From Candidatus Altimarinota bacterium (lineage in GTDB: Bacteria; Patescibacteriota; Gracilibacteria; BD1-5; UBA2023), in NCBI GenBank assembly GCA_043770315.1, contig JAYVIJ010000043.1, positions 1,399 through 65,398 on the forward strand: a DNA stretch of 64,000 nt, read 5' to 3'. The notes beneath the pieces are model-generated. The model ran no database searches, was not told the DNA's origin, and saw only the letters and a list, made by a program, of their open reading frames with translations. Shown piece after piece: positions 23,901 through 34,547 of this stretch. A program made the translations under genes and the position numbers. Numbering within the stretch: the stretch's first letter is position 1; every line of letters begins with the position of its first letter.

Positions 23901-25168
23901 AGTCCTCGGCTTACTTCAAGGGGCTGATTATTAGAATCACGCACTCTTTTTATGCGTATATATTGTGTTCCAAAGGTGGGATCATTAAATTCTATAACAG
24001 TACCTTCTTCATAGAGGAGATGGCTATTTTTTACGAGCGGACCACCCTTCTTGCTCATCATCTTTGCTACTTCATCAATGAATGCCTCATAGAGATCATA
24101 ATTTGGTTCCTCTTCTCAAGCTTCTTCTGCTTCTTTAAGTTTCTTTTCCCGAATTTTCTGATTTATAGTTCTGTCTTCTATCCTTTTGAGATCTTCAGCA
24201 TCATCCGCTGTGACAATACTTTGAAATATTTCTTCGGCAAGTTGTTTTCGTGCATTCTTTTGGTCTAATATTTTTGCGAGATTTTCATGATTGAGATCTC
24301 CTACCGTAAGGATTTTTATTTCTGATCGTTTTAGCCCATCGAGTATTCTTTGTTGGGTTTCTTTTCCAAGTTCCTCAAACTGGTCGCCGTAGATATTTTT
24401 TGCTATCTCATCAAGCTTCCTATCGTCTATGAGAGTATAGCGTAGGGCAAATGCTATGCTTACTTGTGCTCAAAGTTCCTGAAGGAGTCTTATTTTTCTT
24501 TTAGTGGGAGCTTTTGAATATACGAATAAAAGAAATGCTATCTCATCAGTTCCAGGTTTTTGTCAGTAAGTTTTATAATCTTGGACAATCTTGAGGCATT
24601 TTAATTCTTGATCTGACCCCTGTGGTACCATTTTACTGATATCATCAAATATTTGCTCAAATACTTCTCTTTCATTTGGAGTAGAAACAGGAAACTGAGA
24701 ATAATTTTTTTGTATGAAGTTTTTTACGATATTTTTACGATCGATCAAATTTTGAAGTGATTTCTCATTCATCAGAGAGAGTTCTGTCTTAATAGAGAGT
24801 TTTTCTCAATCAAGCTCAGGACATATTTCTATCGTACGTCTTAATGCTCGCTCTCTAAGAAGTGCTAGATTTCTTCCATGGCTGAGTATTCGCTCGATGA
24901 TTTTATCCTCAGATATCTCGGATTCATCGATACTACCATAGTGTTCAGGATCTTCATATTTAATACCACGCGTTTCTACTATCACCGCCTGGACTAGAGC
25001 TTCTTTATTCTGCTGAAATTCATTGAATTTTTTTTGATCTATGGGTTTTCAGAATCTATTTTCTACAGCAAGTTTGATGAGTCAATCTACACTTCCATTT
25101 ACTCGTTTCTTTTTGAGTTTTTCATTGAGTTCTTCGGGTGAGGAGCTTTGATTATTGAGGTCTGACAT
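20933..25168 (-). CDS. 1411-aa hypothetical protein (charged, probably largely helical, no signal peptide)
   Basis: One frame is open from ATG 25166-25168 to TAA 20933-20935. I checked every in-frame triplet between the listed fragments (21020..21520, 22868..23173, 23765..24061, 24563..24772) for TAA/TAG. No domain recognised by eye. Confidence 0.75.
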
Positions 25169-25337
25169 AAAAAATAAATTAGTTATCTCTTGCATTTTAT
25201 CCGAATTTACGCAAAAACACAAATTAAAATTCTATTTTTTTAAGTATAAAAAATTAATTTAATTTAAAGTCAATAAATCAGTACGCTCTATAATTGATGT
25301 TTCTCGAGGCTGAATACTTCTTTGGGATTTTTCGCAT

Positions 25338-25365
25338 AAAAAAAATCTCCTGATTTTTCAGAAGA
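25338..25365 (-). terminator. Rho-independent terminator of the tRNA cluster
   Basis: On the minus strand, TCTTCTGA-AAAA-TCAGGAGA (one mismatch) is followed by a T8 run, immediately 3' of the initiator tRNA. Confidence 0.5.
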
Positions 25366-25380
25366 ATTAATTATTTTGTA

Positions 25381-25455
25381 TGGTTGCGGAGGTGTGAATC
25401 GAACACACGACCTCAAGGTTATGAGCCTTGCGAGCTACCACTGCTCTACTCCGCG
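25381..25455 (-). tRNA. tRNA-Met(CAT), initiator-like
   Basis: CGCGGAGTAGAGCAGTGGTAGCTCGCAAGGCTCATAACCTTGAGGTCGTGTGTTCGATTCACACCTCCGCAACCA. It has a C1/A72 mismatch, A73-CCA and strong resemblance to E. coli tRNA-fMet. The anticodon stem has only two G-C pairs next to the loop, not the usual three. Confidence 0.85.
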
Positions 25456-25484
25456 ATATGGTAATTTTGGATATATATTCTATT

Positions 25485-25539
25485 CTTGAGTGAAATTCAA
25501 GGTTATGAGCCTCATGATGCTCACTAGACTATACTCCGC
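25485..25539 (-). pseudogene. Truncated tRNA-Met-like copy (5' half only)
   Basis: Minus strand reads GCGGAGTATAGTCTAGTGAGCATCATGAGGCTCATAACCTTGAATTTC. It shares the acceptor start and the GGCTCATAACCTTGA anticodon arm with the adjacent initiator tRNA but lacks a T arm and 3' acceptor. Confidence 0.35.
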
Positions 25540-25550
25540 AAAACGTAAAT

Positions 25551-25594
25551 GGTATGATGAGCCCCTATTACGAGTGAGATTGCTCTACTCTGGG
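25551..25594 (-). pseudogene. Second degenerate tRNA-like fragment
   Basis: Minus strand reads CCCAGAGTAGAGCAATCTCACTCGTAATAGGGGCTCATCATACC. It has a tRNA-like 5' acceptor/D start and a CTCAT box but no foldable cloverleaf. It is preceded by the same TACCATAT leader as the real tRNAs. Confidence 0.3.
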
Positions 25595-25612
25595 ATATGG
25601 TATGTACGAATA

Positions 25613-25689
25613 TGGTGCCAATGAGTGGACTCGAACCACCGACCTCGGGGTTATGAATCCCGTGCTCTCACCAGCTGAGCTACATTGGC
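25613..25689 (-). tRNA. tRNA-Met(CAT), elongator type (a lysidine-modified tRNA-Ile2 cannot be excluded)
   Basis: GCCAATGTAGCTCAGCTGGTGAGAGCACGGGATTCATAACCCCGAGGTCGGTGGTTCGAGTCCACTCATTGGCACCA. Normal G1-C72 pair, CAT anticodon, and the GTAGCTCAG..GGT.AGAGCAC D arm seen in elongator Met. Confidence 0.85.
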
Positions 25690-25708
25690 AGACGATGGAC
25701 TGGGCTGA

Positions 25709-26686
25709 TTATAGCGAAAAACCGAAACTGTCAAGAGTATTTTTGAGAGTTTTCTGAAAATCAGGAATTTCTTCGAAAAGAAATGAATATTTTTTCTCGT
25801 GGAGAGAAAGAATATTTTGTATATTCCAGGGTTTTCATGTATTTATATTTGTGTGAAGTTCTCGATAAGACTGATCTCCCTTGATAAAATCCAAAAATAA
25901 GTCACTTTCATTCTTATTCCATCAGCCAATTTCTTTGTACATATCCCAGAGAAAAGTTTTTTTTGATCGGAGGCCTCGTGCTGATGTTATCTCTCCACGT
26001 AATACCGAGATATCTGCAAGATCGATGAGATCCCAAAAGTCATCTCGTTTCATCCAAGGAAAATATAAGATATTCTCCTGTAGATGACTTTCTCTAAGAG
26101 GATTTCCGATAAGAAAAATAAGCACATTTTCAGGGATATTTCTCATATCAAAGTGAGTGAGAGTTTCTTCATAACAAAAAATTGGTATCCAAATTTTCAG
26201 AGAGAGATCTCAGGGGAGATGAATATCTGAGAGCCAATTTTCTCGATGTCGAGTGATACCTTTATACTCCCAGATACCACCCATTCCGCAAAGGGGTGAG
26301 TAAGAAAGCTCACGTATTGGTCTTTCGGAAGATGAGAGGATATGCTCAGTATTATGAATTTTTTGATACCAAGGATCAAATGAAAGATAGTTGATACGGA
26401 TAACACTTCTTCATGCGGGGATATCCCTAAAGTTTATATTTGCATGTAGTCAGAGGATAACGAGATTTGAGCATTTTTTTAGATCATATTTTTCTTTCTC
26501 GATGATAATAAATGGTGGAAGTGAGCATCCGCTTTTTTCGAGAAATGATTCCATCTTCACAGGAGCATTCGTCACAATATTCCAAAAAATAGGGAGACGA
26601 TTCATCATGAGAAATTCGAGTATCCAGCCCATATCACCATAGTTATCGATGATATCTATAAAGATGTCCCCACTTTGGATTTTCAT
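25709..26686 (-). CDS. earP: EF-P arginine rhamnosyltransferase EarP-like
   Basis: N-terminus GDIFIDIIDNYGDMGW (compare DIFCxVVDNYGDIGV). INYLSFDPWY (compare NLEYLSAEEW). FPWMKRDDFWDLIDLADISVLRGEITSARGLRSKKTFLWDMYKE (compare LPFMxQDDYDRLLWxCDLNFVRGEDSFVRAQWAGxPxxWxIY). 325 aa joined through TGA. Confidence 0.75.
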
Positions 26687-26743
26687 GTTGTTATTCTAGG
26701 GAGTTTCGATAAAATGCAAGGGTTACATTAACGCTCACCACTC

Positions 26744-27322
26744 ATGTTCTCCTATATTCACTGAAAAATCCTTTCGATCGATGGTATCCAGGTGACATGT
26801 CTCGTCGATGGTACAGGATTAGGCTTAGAAATATTCGTCTCTCCGATACTTATAGCAAATATTCGCATATGAGAAAAATCAGAAATATGGTTGTATCATA
26901 ATATCAACGATGCAGGACAAACACTCTTTGGTTTTATCGATCAAGAGGAAAAGTCACTCTTTCGACAGCTTCTGAAAGTTAATGGAGTTTGAGGGAAGAC
27001 AGCCCTGAATCTCCTTGGTCTTGGCGGAGAGAATCTCCTCAAAGCAATACAGTTCGAGGATGATACACTCCTTTCATCGGTCCCTGGCATTGGAAAGAAA
27101 ACGGCCCAGAAAATCATCGTAGATCTGAAATGATCGATCGATTTTACGAAACAGGGAAAGAGTACTTCCACCCCAAGAAATACGAGTGATACTACTCTTA
27201 TAGCTTCCTTGGTCCAAATGGGATATGATAAGATGCGCGTAGAATCAATAATTGCGGATATTGATCCAAGTCTGAGTCTCCAGATTCGTACGATCGAGGC
27301 GATCAAACAACTCTCAAAATAA
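26744..27322 (+). CDS. ruvA: Holliday junction branch migration complex subunit RuvA
   Basis: MFSYIH-G-KILSI. HhH motifs LLKVNGV-G-GKTALNLL and VPGIGKKTAQKIIVDLK. 192 aa. Confidence 0.88.
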
Positions 27323-27332
27323 GAAAATCAAT

Positions 27333-28055
27333 ATGGACTTTCTCTCCCAAAAAACGTCTTTTGACACATATATCGGAGTCAAATCAGATCCAAATAATCA
27401 CGAAAAATACCTTTTTCTTCGGGCTCAAAAGTATATCCAAAAAATAACTTGGATTCCTGGTATTCGTATGATAGCTGTGGTGAATTCACTCTCTATGTAT
27501 GCGACACATCCAGACTCAGATATCGACCTTTTTATTATAACTGCGAAAAATCGCATGTGGATAGTGCGAGTCTGTATAACCTTCTTTTTTTGGTATTATG
27601 GCGTTTGGAGAAAAGGGGAGGATATTGCTGAGAATTTTTGCCTTTCTTTTTTTATCGAAGAGGAGGAGAGCAATCTTTCTTCTATAGCTTTCGATGATGA
27701 TATCTATCTTTATTTTTGGATCTACTATATGAAGCCGATATATACAGAGTGAAGTATCTATGAAGATTTTCTATGAGCCAATACTTGGGTCGACGTGCCT
27801 TTCGATATACGACTCGAAAATATGCGATACCTTTTACCTTTACCAATTATACCTTCATCTCATTTCTTTCTCACTCGATGGATCCTGACATGAGTCAATA
27901 AGGTTTTTCAGTGTATCTGAGGATGGAAAGCTCGTTCCCAATTCCAAAAAAAAGGTTCTCCAGAAGGAGTTATCATCACTTCCCGAATGTTAAAATTTCA
28001 TGATAGCGATAAGAGGGAGGAAATACGAGATTCTCTCGATCTTCGGGATGAGTAA
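27333..28055 (+). CDS. Hypothetical protein with a nucleotidyltransferase-like N-terminal motif
   Basis: 240 aa joined through TGA. VNSLSMYATHPDSDIDLFIIT resembles the GS...DxD minimal nucleotidyltransferase fold. The remainder is unrecognised. Confidence 0.55.
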
Positions 28056-28116
28056 AATGATGGTTGCTTTTCTCCTTATTTTTTTTAAGATACTTATATA
28101 TTTGCTTTCGTCTTCT

Positions 28117-29091
28117 ATGAAAAAAATTTTTTTTGGCATACTCATAATCTTTTTGCTTCTCGGATGAATCATATATTTTATTTCTTGACTTTCAGATACT
28201 CCAAAATGACAAGATAAGTGGACTTTTCGTACATCCCAAAAGGAAACCCTAAGCTATGAGGACAAAATAAAACAAGATGAAGAAACAGCAGTGCACGATA
28301 AGGGCATCTATAATAACGCACTAAAAACACAAGATACTATTCTTTGTAAAGATATCATAAATACAGATGAGAAAAAACGATGTTATGATATGATCGGTGC
28401 AAGTGTCGCCCTCAAAGAGAGAAAAAAAGAAATGTGTGATACTCTCAGTAATTCTGGAATCGTGGAACGATGTCGAGATAATGTCTCATTTTCGCTCGCA
28501 GAAAAATCATGAGAAAAAACGATGTGCGCTCTTATTATAGATGAAAATCTGAGAACTCAGTGTGAAGAGATGATCGATACCAAATCTTTCTCTCTTCGAG
28601 TTGCTTCGGGGACGATCGATACAGCTTTTTGTGGGACACTTGCTGGAAGTGTCTGAGATCAATGTCGAGCTCAAGTCACGAGGCGAGACGATAAAAATAG
28701 CTATAATAATGCTCTTTCTCAAAAAACTCTCGAAAGCTGTGATACTATAGAAAACGAGGTGCTTCGGTCTCAATGCCGAGATACAATCATATTTGATATG
28801 GCTATTAAACAAGGAGATACGGACTTGTGTGCGAGTATTTCCAATAAGTCACGATCTGAATATTGCGAAAAATCACTGAATGTACGCAATGATACTATTC
28901 TCTATGGATCGATCGTAAAAGAAGGCGATATTATCGCATGTGACACACTTATATCTCTTGAACTCAAGAACCGATGCCATGATGTAATACTCATAGCTCA
29001 AGTACGATCGAATCAAGATTCAGCCCTCTGTGAAAATCTCTATAATACTGGCATGATAAGTAGTTGCCGAGGATTGATACGATCGAAATAA
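28117..29091 (+). CDS. 324-aa membrane-anchored Cys-pair repeat protein (paralog of 15187..16239)
   Basis: N-terminal TM (FFGILIIFLLL-G-GIIYFIS). Repeats DTILCKDIINTDEKKRCYDM, KEMCDTLSNSGIVERCRDN, DTDLCASISNKSRSEYCEKS and DSALCENLYNTGMISSCRGL. Confidence 0.7.
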
Positions 29092-29153
29092 ATTTAGATG
29101 AAGAAAGTGTGCTAAAATTCGCTTTTTCTTCATATTTATGCTAGCATAGACGT

Positions 29154-31484
29154 ATGATGTGGTATTTTTCTACGATCATCTCGCTGTTTTCTATTGTATG
29201 GGGATTTTTTTGATGTATTTCATCCTGAGAAGCAGCGACGACATATTCACCAGGGAGTACTATCGCTATGACTGGATCCAATGGCGAAGTATTTTTTGAT
29301 GTTACAGATGATCTTTTCGGATATCCTATACCGAGGCCCAGTTTCGATATGATGCTTGGAACTTTTTCTTGAGCGTTCTATCTTTCTTGAGCAGGTTGGG
29401 TCGATTTCTTGACGGGAAGCTATAGTGTTGCTCTCGATTGCGGCGCTCAGTCTTATGATGCACTTACTCTCCCTTGTACCCTTTCATGAGTCGCATATGG
29501 TGAGATAGTAGGGGATGTCCTATTTGATCGACAAGTCCTATTTGATCCTACGACATGACGACTTTCAGGTACCGCTTCTACCTATATCTGAGTCTATGAT
29601 TTTTCTGGTATCACCCTCCCACTCCTTCCTGCGAGTTTCGTCCTCGGCAATAGAGTCACAGCCGATAACGAGAAAGATCTCTCACTCTCGGGTATGAGCC
29701 TCTATGGAGATACCGTATGGAATATATTTATGGAGACGTCGCCAGGAGGTATGAATATCTCTTATACAGTCGGTCTACCTACCGACCTTTCTCATGCAAC
29801 GACGTACTATGTTGAAATACACGATCCAGATGGAGGAGTGACGACGATCGATGATTTTGAAGTAGTTGCTGATCAGCCATCGAGCGTTCTCTACTCCGCG
29901 ACACCGACTATTCGAGCAGATTTTTGTACGAATAATTTTCCTTCACTCCTTTGTCCAGATGGAACAACTTTGAAAGCTATGACTCTTGATCGGACAGAGA
30001 CCATCACCCCGATGATTGCCAACGGTGTCGATATGTATAACTTTGTTCTGAAGCTTCGAGATCGATATGGAAATGAAGTACGAGAAGGAAGTATAAAAGT
30101 GGATTATACAGATATGATTCGTACGATTCAGGCAGATCCACTCAAATATAATAATTTGGTTATAGATGCTTGTTCATTTGGTACCTGTGCTATCATCTCT
30201 CAGGGTGATCTTCAGAATTTCTTCGATGGTGTACTTACGACAGGAGACGTCATCATAGGTATGAGTGATATCAATTTTGATATAGCGAGTATTGCTCCAT
30301 CGACCCTTACGGATACCATCACTCTCTCAGGAATACTCTATACTGATACTTTTTGAGTAAGTCATGATGTGACCGATCCGACATGGAGAGCGCCACTGGT
30401 GTTTGATCCATGGTATACGACGAGTATACTTCCGATTCCATCGATCGTCGTTTGAAGCGTCGTGGACTTTACGACGAACTATGCACGCACGACTTCAGCT
30501 ATACCACCCAATACTCCTACGGCGATATATGATATAGCAATCGGTTCCAATAATCCTGCAGCATTTACGGGTTTTGTATCAGCTATAGCCCCATCATGCA
30601 CTAAATATTATCTTTCATCGGGACTAGATGAGTGTGATTGGGGAGGTACTCCAGATCCTGTCATGATCTCGACGGAGTCACTCAGTTTCTCTGGTATCTA
30701 CTGATATGGTGGATATGAGCCACCACCAGAGAACATCAACTATAACTCGTATATACGATATAGTGTGCTTCATCCACTGCTTGGTACGAATGTCGTATCA
30801 TACTATCCGAGTGGAAATGGAAGTCTCGGAATATCCAATCCTGGAGCTATCCGTATGAAAATCCTCGGACAACACAATCTCCCTGGACTTTCCTGAATCC
30901 AAGAAAAAAATATTGCTGATATCTGGAACACTCTCCAAAAAAATATCGCACTGATGTCACGCAATCGTACGACATATGCTGATGTTCCTTATAGTGTCAC
31001 AGAGGGTAATATCTCGATATCTGATACTGACTTCACATCGACATCACCAGAGAAGCGGACGATCGTATCTCTCGGGTGAGACATCACGATCACGAGCGAT
31101 ATCATAGAAAAAACTTCACCTATAGCTATCATCGCCCTTTCTGATACAGATGGAAATGGTGGAAATATCATCATCGATCCAAGTGTCACAGATATCCACG
31201 CTACTCTCCTCGCAGAGAGGGTAGTGTCATCTACCGGATCCAATCAACTCTATATCCATGGAAGTGTCATATCTCATAATACCACGAGCGATAGCACCTG
31301 TCCATACTATATCTCTCCATGTGCCAATCCTGAACTGTATAATCTCGAAAATCTCCGCAAAGATTTCATCATCACGCCAGGCAGTCTTGCATCTTCTCTC
31401 TCTGGGAAATACCCCAATATCCCACTTATCATCGAGTATGATGGAAGAGTCATATCTTATCCACCACCGATTCTCGAACAGTAG
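29154..31484 (+). CDS. 776-aa secreted protein with the C-terminal 'DGNGGNIII' module (paralog of 12534..15158)
   Basis: Single frame from ATG 29154 to TAG 31482-31484, read codon by codon. Shares NFPSLLCPDGTTLK, LKLRDRYGNEV, KNIALMSRN, SDTDGNGGNIIIDPSVTDI, QLYIHGSVISHNT, YNLENLRKDF and LIIEYDGRVISYPPPILEQ with its paralogs. Confidence 0.8.
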
Positions 31485-31495
31485 AAAAATCTGCA

Positions 31496-31529
31496 GAGAA
31501 AACTCCCGAATATTTTCGGGAGTTTTCTC
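31496..31529. terminator. Bidirectional rho-independent terminator
   Basis: gagaaaactcccgaa-tatt-ttcgggagttttctc, a 15-bp stem, lies between the convergent genes 29154..31484 and 31547..32149. Confidence 0.7.
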
Positions 31530-31546
31530 TGGAATCTTATGAGAAA

Positions 31547-32149
31547 TTATGCAGCTGTTTCTTCTGGAGTCTCTGTCTTTTTTATTTCTGGACTAGCTCC
31601 CGTTGTAGCAGATCTACGACGACGAGCCGCCAGACCTACCACACCAAGCCCAAGTGCACCGAGTGCAAAAGTCGAAGGTTCAGGGACAGCACTGATGTGA
31701 GCATTGCCTCGCATCGATATATCGCCGAATCAAGAGTTATCCCAGCTACCTACAGTATAGTTACTCGATGATAAACTGTTAAGTCCATTACTCATATTTA
31801 GGCTTCCAGCTTCGAAACTATAAAGACTCGTAAATATTAAATTTGGAAATTCAACTAACATATCAAATTTTGTATCTGTTCACTCATACATCGCTTCAAA
31901 ACTCACCTGATATGGATTTCCTGCGGTAGGAGCTCAGAGAACACCAGTCCCAGTGAAGAGTGTATTTCCCTGATTATCAGTAAATATATATTCTCCTATT
32001 CCGCCAGTACTTGTTGGTCAACTAATATTTCCTTTGACAGAAATAGAGTCAACTCATACTGGAAGCGTGACTATACCTGCATCTGCCGTTTCTGCTCCTA
32101 CAAGAGCAACAGCAGCAAAAGCTGTAGCTGCTACTCTTCTGAGAGACAT
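31547..32149 (-). CDS. 200-aa secreted protein with a PEP-CTERM-like C-terminal sorting signal
   Basis: GGAGG Shine-Dalgarno 5 nt upstream of the ATG. Signal peptide MSLRRVAATAFAAVALVGAETADA. C-terminus SAVPEPSTFALGALGLGVVGLAARRRRS plus a 20-aa tail. Five in-frame TGA. Confidence 0.7.
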
Positions 32150-32291
32150 ACCTCCACCTTTTCTTAGGGAAATATTACCAGTAGCAGTATCAATACTTCA
32201 ACGATCAAGAGGTTTCATATATAAAAAAGAATTTAGAATATAAATGATCTACAACAAGTATATTTTATATTTTTAATTATATAAGTCAATA

Positions 32292-34016
32292 CTAATTCCA
32301 TATTTTGATAGATTTTATCTTCTTTCAGATTTTAAAAAGTCAGCCTACATTAGTACCAATGACGAACTTATTAACATTCGCAAGAGGTGATATTCTATAT
32401 GTATATATCTTCATAGTAGCATCTCGAGTAAATAATACTCCATCTGCTATTCCTACACCAGGTCAGTAGGGAAGTGTTCTAGGAACTCCACTATGTTTAT
32501 AATAATAGTTTGGTCCTCCTGAGTCATACTTTAAATAGTTTCCATTGTCAAGATCGATGAAATACTGAATTGAGCCAATATTTATAGGTTCAGTGAGTTC
32601 GATTTCTATAGTTTTTCCTGTAAGAGTACCTCAAGAAATAAATGTTTCAATATCACCATGATTATATTGGAATAATTGAAGATAAAGACTTAAATCAATT
32701 CATTCTAGTGACATTAAAAATACCCCATAGTTTTCATTTTGTAGAGATCTTATAGTTCCATTAGATCTACGAATATCAAGAGTTGGAAGTGATGAGGGGC
32801 TTGTGGTCATAGGAAGACTATAGTTTGCTATAGCGAGAAGTCAGTGATCCTGACATCCGTAGCGTTCATTCCAGTAGATTTTTCCTATCTCACAAAGACT
32901 ATTTGCTTCTTGTATACCCGTTGCTGTCAGTATTCCAGCCGAGTTATCGGGTATTGTTGTCGCGATTTCATTATTGAAGATCGTTTTTTTAGCCAGAGTC
33001 ATGGTCATACCTGAGAGTGATGTTTTTCGGTACATATACTCAATATCTTTTTCTGTATTTTTCTTTGCCCACGGGGAGCTTATAAATATAGTGTCTTTCG
33101 GCTTTATTAGAGGAGAAGGGATGGTATTCCCACATCACCCTGGAGGGATCACATAGCTCTTGGTCTTTGCGAGGTTCGAGAGAGGTCTGTATCACCCATC
33201 AGTTTTCCTACAGGCGATGACAGCCCCAGTGTTCGTCGTGGTATCGATGATAGCGACTTCTGTCGGATAGAGTCATGGTGTGCGTGGTATCGTCCAGCCG
33301 GTACCTGACCAGACTATAGATCATATGGTATTTCCTGTCGATACCAGTGAGATGCTCGTTCCACGGACTCAGGCGATGATCTCATGAGTTCCGACACTAT
33401 ATGATCCCGTCTCGGTGAGGATACGTCACCAGAGAGAGCCATTCTCGAGGAGGGCTGAGGCGATACTCGTCCCACCAGAGAGATACCCTATATCGAATGA
33501 CACGACGGTATCTCCATCGAGACGAAGTATCGATAGATCAGAGAACGCGATCGTCATAGTACATCCAGGAGGTGTTTTGAGGATGTCTCATGACTTCAGG
33601 GTATGTCCTGTAGAAGTAGGATTGGTCGAGCTTCCACTTGCATGATAGATCGTAGAAGTACTACAATCTTGACTCTCGATCTTTCAGAAGTCCCCGAGAA
33701 AAGTCGAGGTTGATCCGCATATAGGTTTATTATTCGCATCGATCCCCACCCATTTATCCGTTCAGACACAGTTATTTGCGGTGAGATATCCGCTAGCAGT
33801 GGTACCATCGAGCATGAGCGTATTTTCTATCACTCATGTCCCCGTATAGGTCTCGATATCACTTCCGATAAGTCTTGATATCGCTGATCCGATACTCCCG
33901 CTTCCACTCGGGATTCGTGGAAAGAGTGTTGTATCAGGAAAGAGTGCTGGTACGAGAGCATAAGCGACCCCTATGAAGAGGATGATCGATATGAAGATAG
34001 GGAGGATTTTGCGCAT
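32292..34016 (-). CDS. 574-aa membrane-anchored protein: conserved N-terminal Cys module plus a FecR-like domain
   Basis: Read codon by codon from ATG 34014-34016 to TAG 32292-32294. TM ILPIFISIILFIGVAYALV. Module YLTANNCV-G-TDKWVGIDANNKPICGS. FecR-like TMTIAFSDLSILRLDGDTVVSFD...SYSVGTHEIIA-G-VRGTSISL. Confidence 0.7.
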
Positions 34017-34022
34017 ATTTTA

Positions 34023-34070
34023 GAAGTATAGAGGTCTGGAAGTATAGAAGTCTGGAGGTATAGAGGTCTA
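34023..34070. repeat. Three tandem 16-bp repeats
   Basis: gaagtatagaggtctg / gaagtatagaagtctg / gaggtatagaggtcta sit directly upstream of the 34016 start codon and downstream of the four-helix-bundle gene. Confidence 0.8.
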
Positions 34071-34105
34071 GGGCAATGAGAGTAAGGGATATGAAAAACT
34101 TTTGG

Positions 34106-34459
34106 TTATCATTTATTCCTTAGGGAAGTGATGAGGCTGTTGAGCATTTTGTGTATTTCTATAAGACTCTCATTGAGATGAGTATAGCTATCTGAGTCTA
34201 TATAGTCAATATTTCTTGCTATCAGAAGTTGTGTCTTTGCTTCCGCAAGACTTCATCTTGCTATTATAAGGAAGCGTATAAATTCAGTAGTGCTTTCTCT
34301 CTCGCTTCATTCGGCAATATTACTAGCAATACTCACTACTGATCTTTGAAATTGATCTTTGAGTCAGAAATCTCGAGAAAAATTAGAATTTTTTGCTATA
34401 GATTGATACATCAATACTGCGATATCGATAGATTTTTTCCATACGTTGAGATTTTCATA
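34106..34459 (-). CDS. Four-helix-bundle protein (23S rRNA intervening-sequence protein family)
   Basis: 117-aa ORF ...SIDIAVLMYQSIAKN...FQRSVVSIASNIAE-G-SERESTTEFIRFLIIAR-G-SLAEAKTQLLIA. The conserved NIAEG and ARGS glycines are TGA. The family N-terminus (YENLNVW) is encoded just upstream in another frame. Confidence 0.75.
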
Positions 34460-34485
34460 GTATGCCATAACAGTAATGTTATATG

Positions 34486-34547
34486 TCTTCTAGCCCTCTA
34501 GTCTTTTATTCTACTAGTCCTCTTGACTTCTAGCCCCTAGTCTTCTT
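34486..34547. repeat. CTAG/TAG-rich direct repeats flanking the four-helix-bundle gene
   Basis: gtcttctagccctctagtctt ... gacttctagcccctagtcttctt. Contains gacttctag, the reverse complement of the ctagaagtc word seen at 40025-40051. Confidence 0.5.

Noticed and set aside
34023-34070. Tandem 16-bp repeats as a possible CRISPR array.
   Set aside because: The units are directly adjacent with no spacers, there are only three copies, they are too short, and there are no cas genes in the window.
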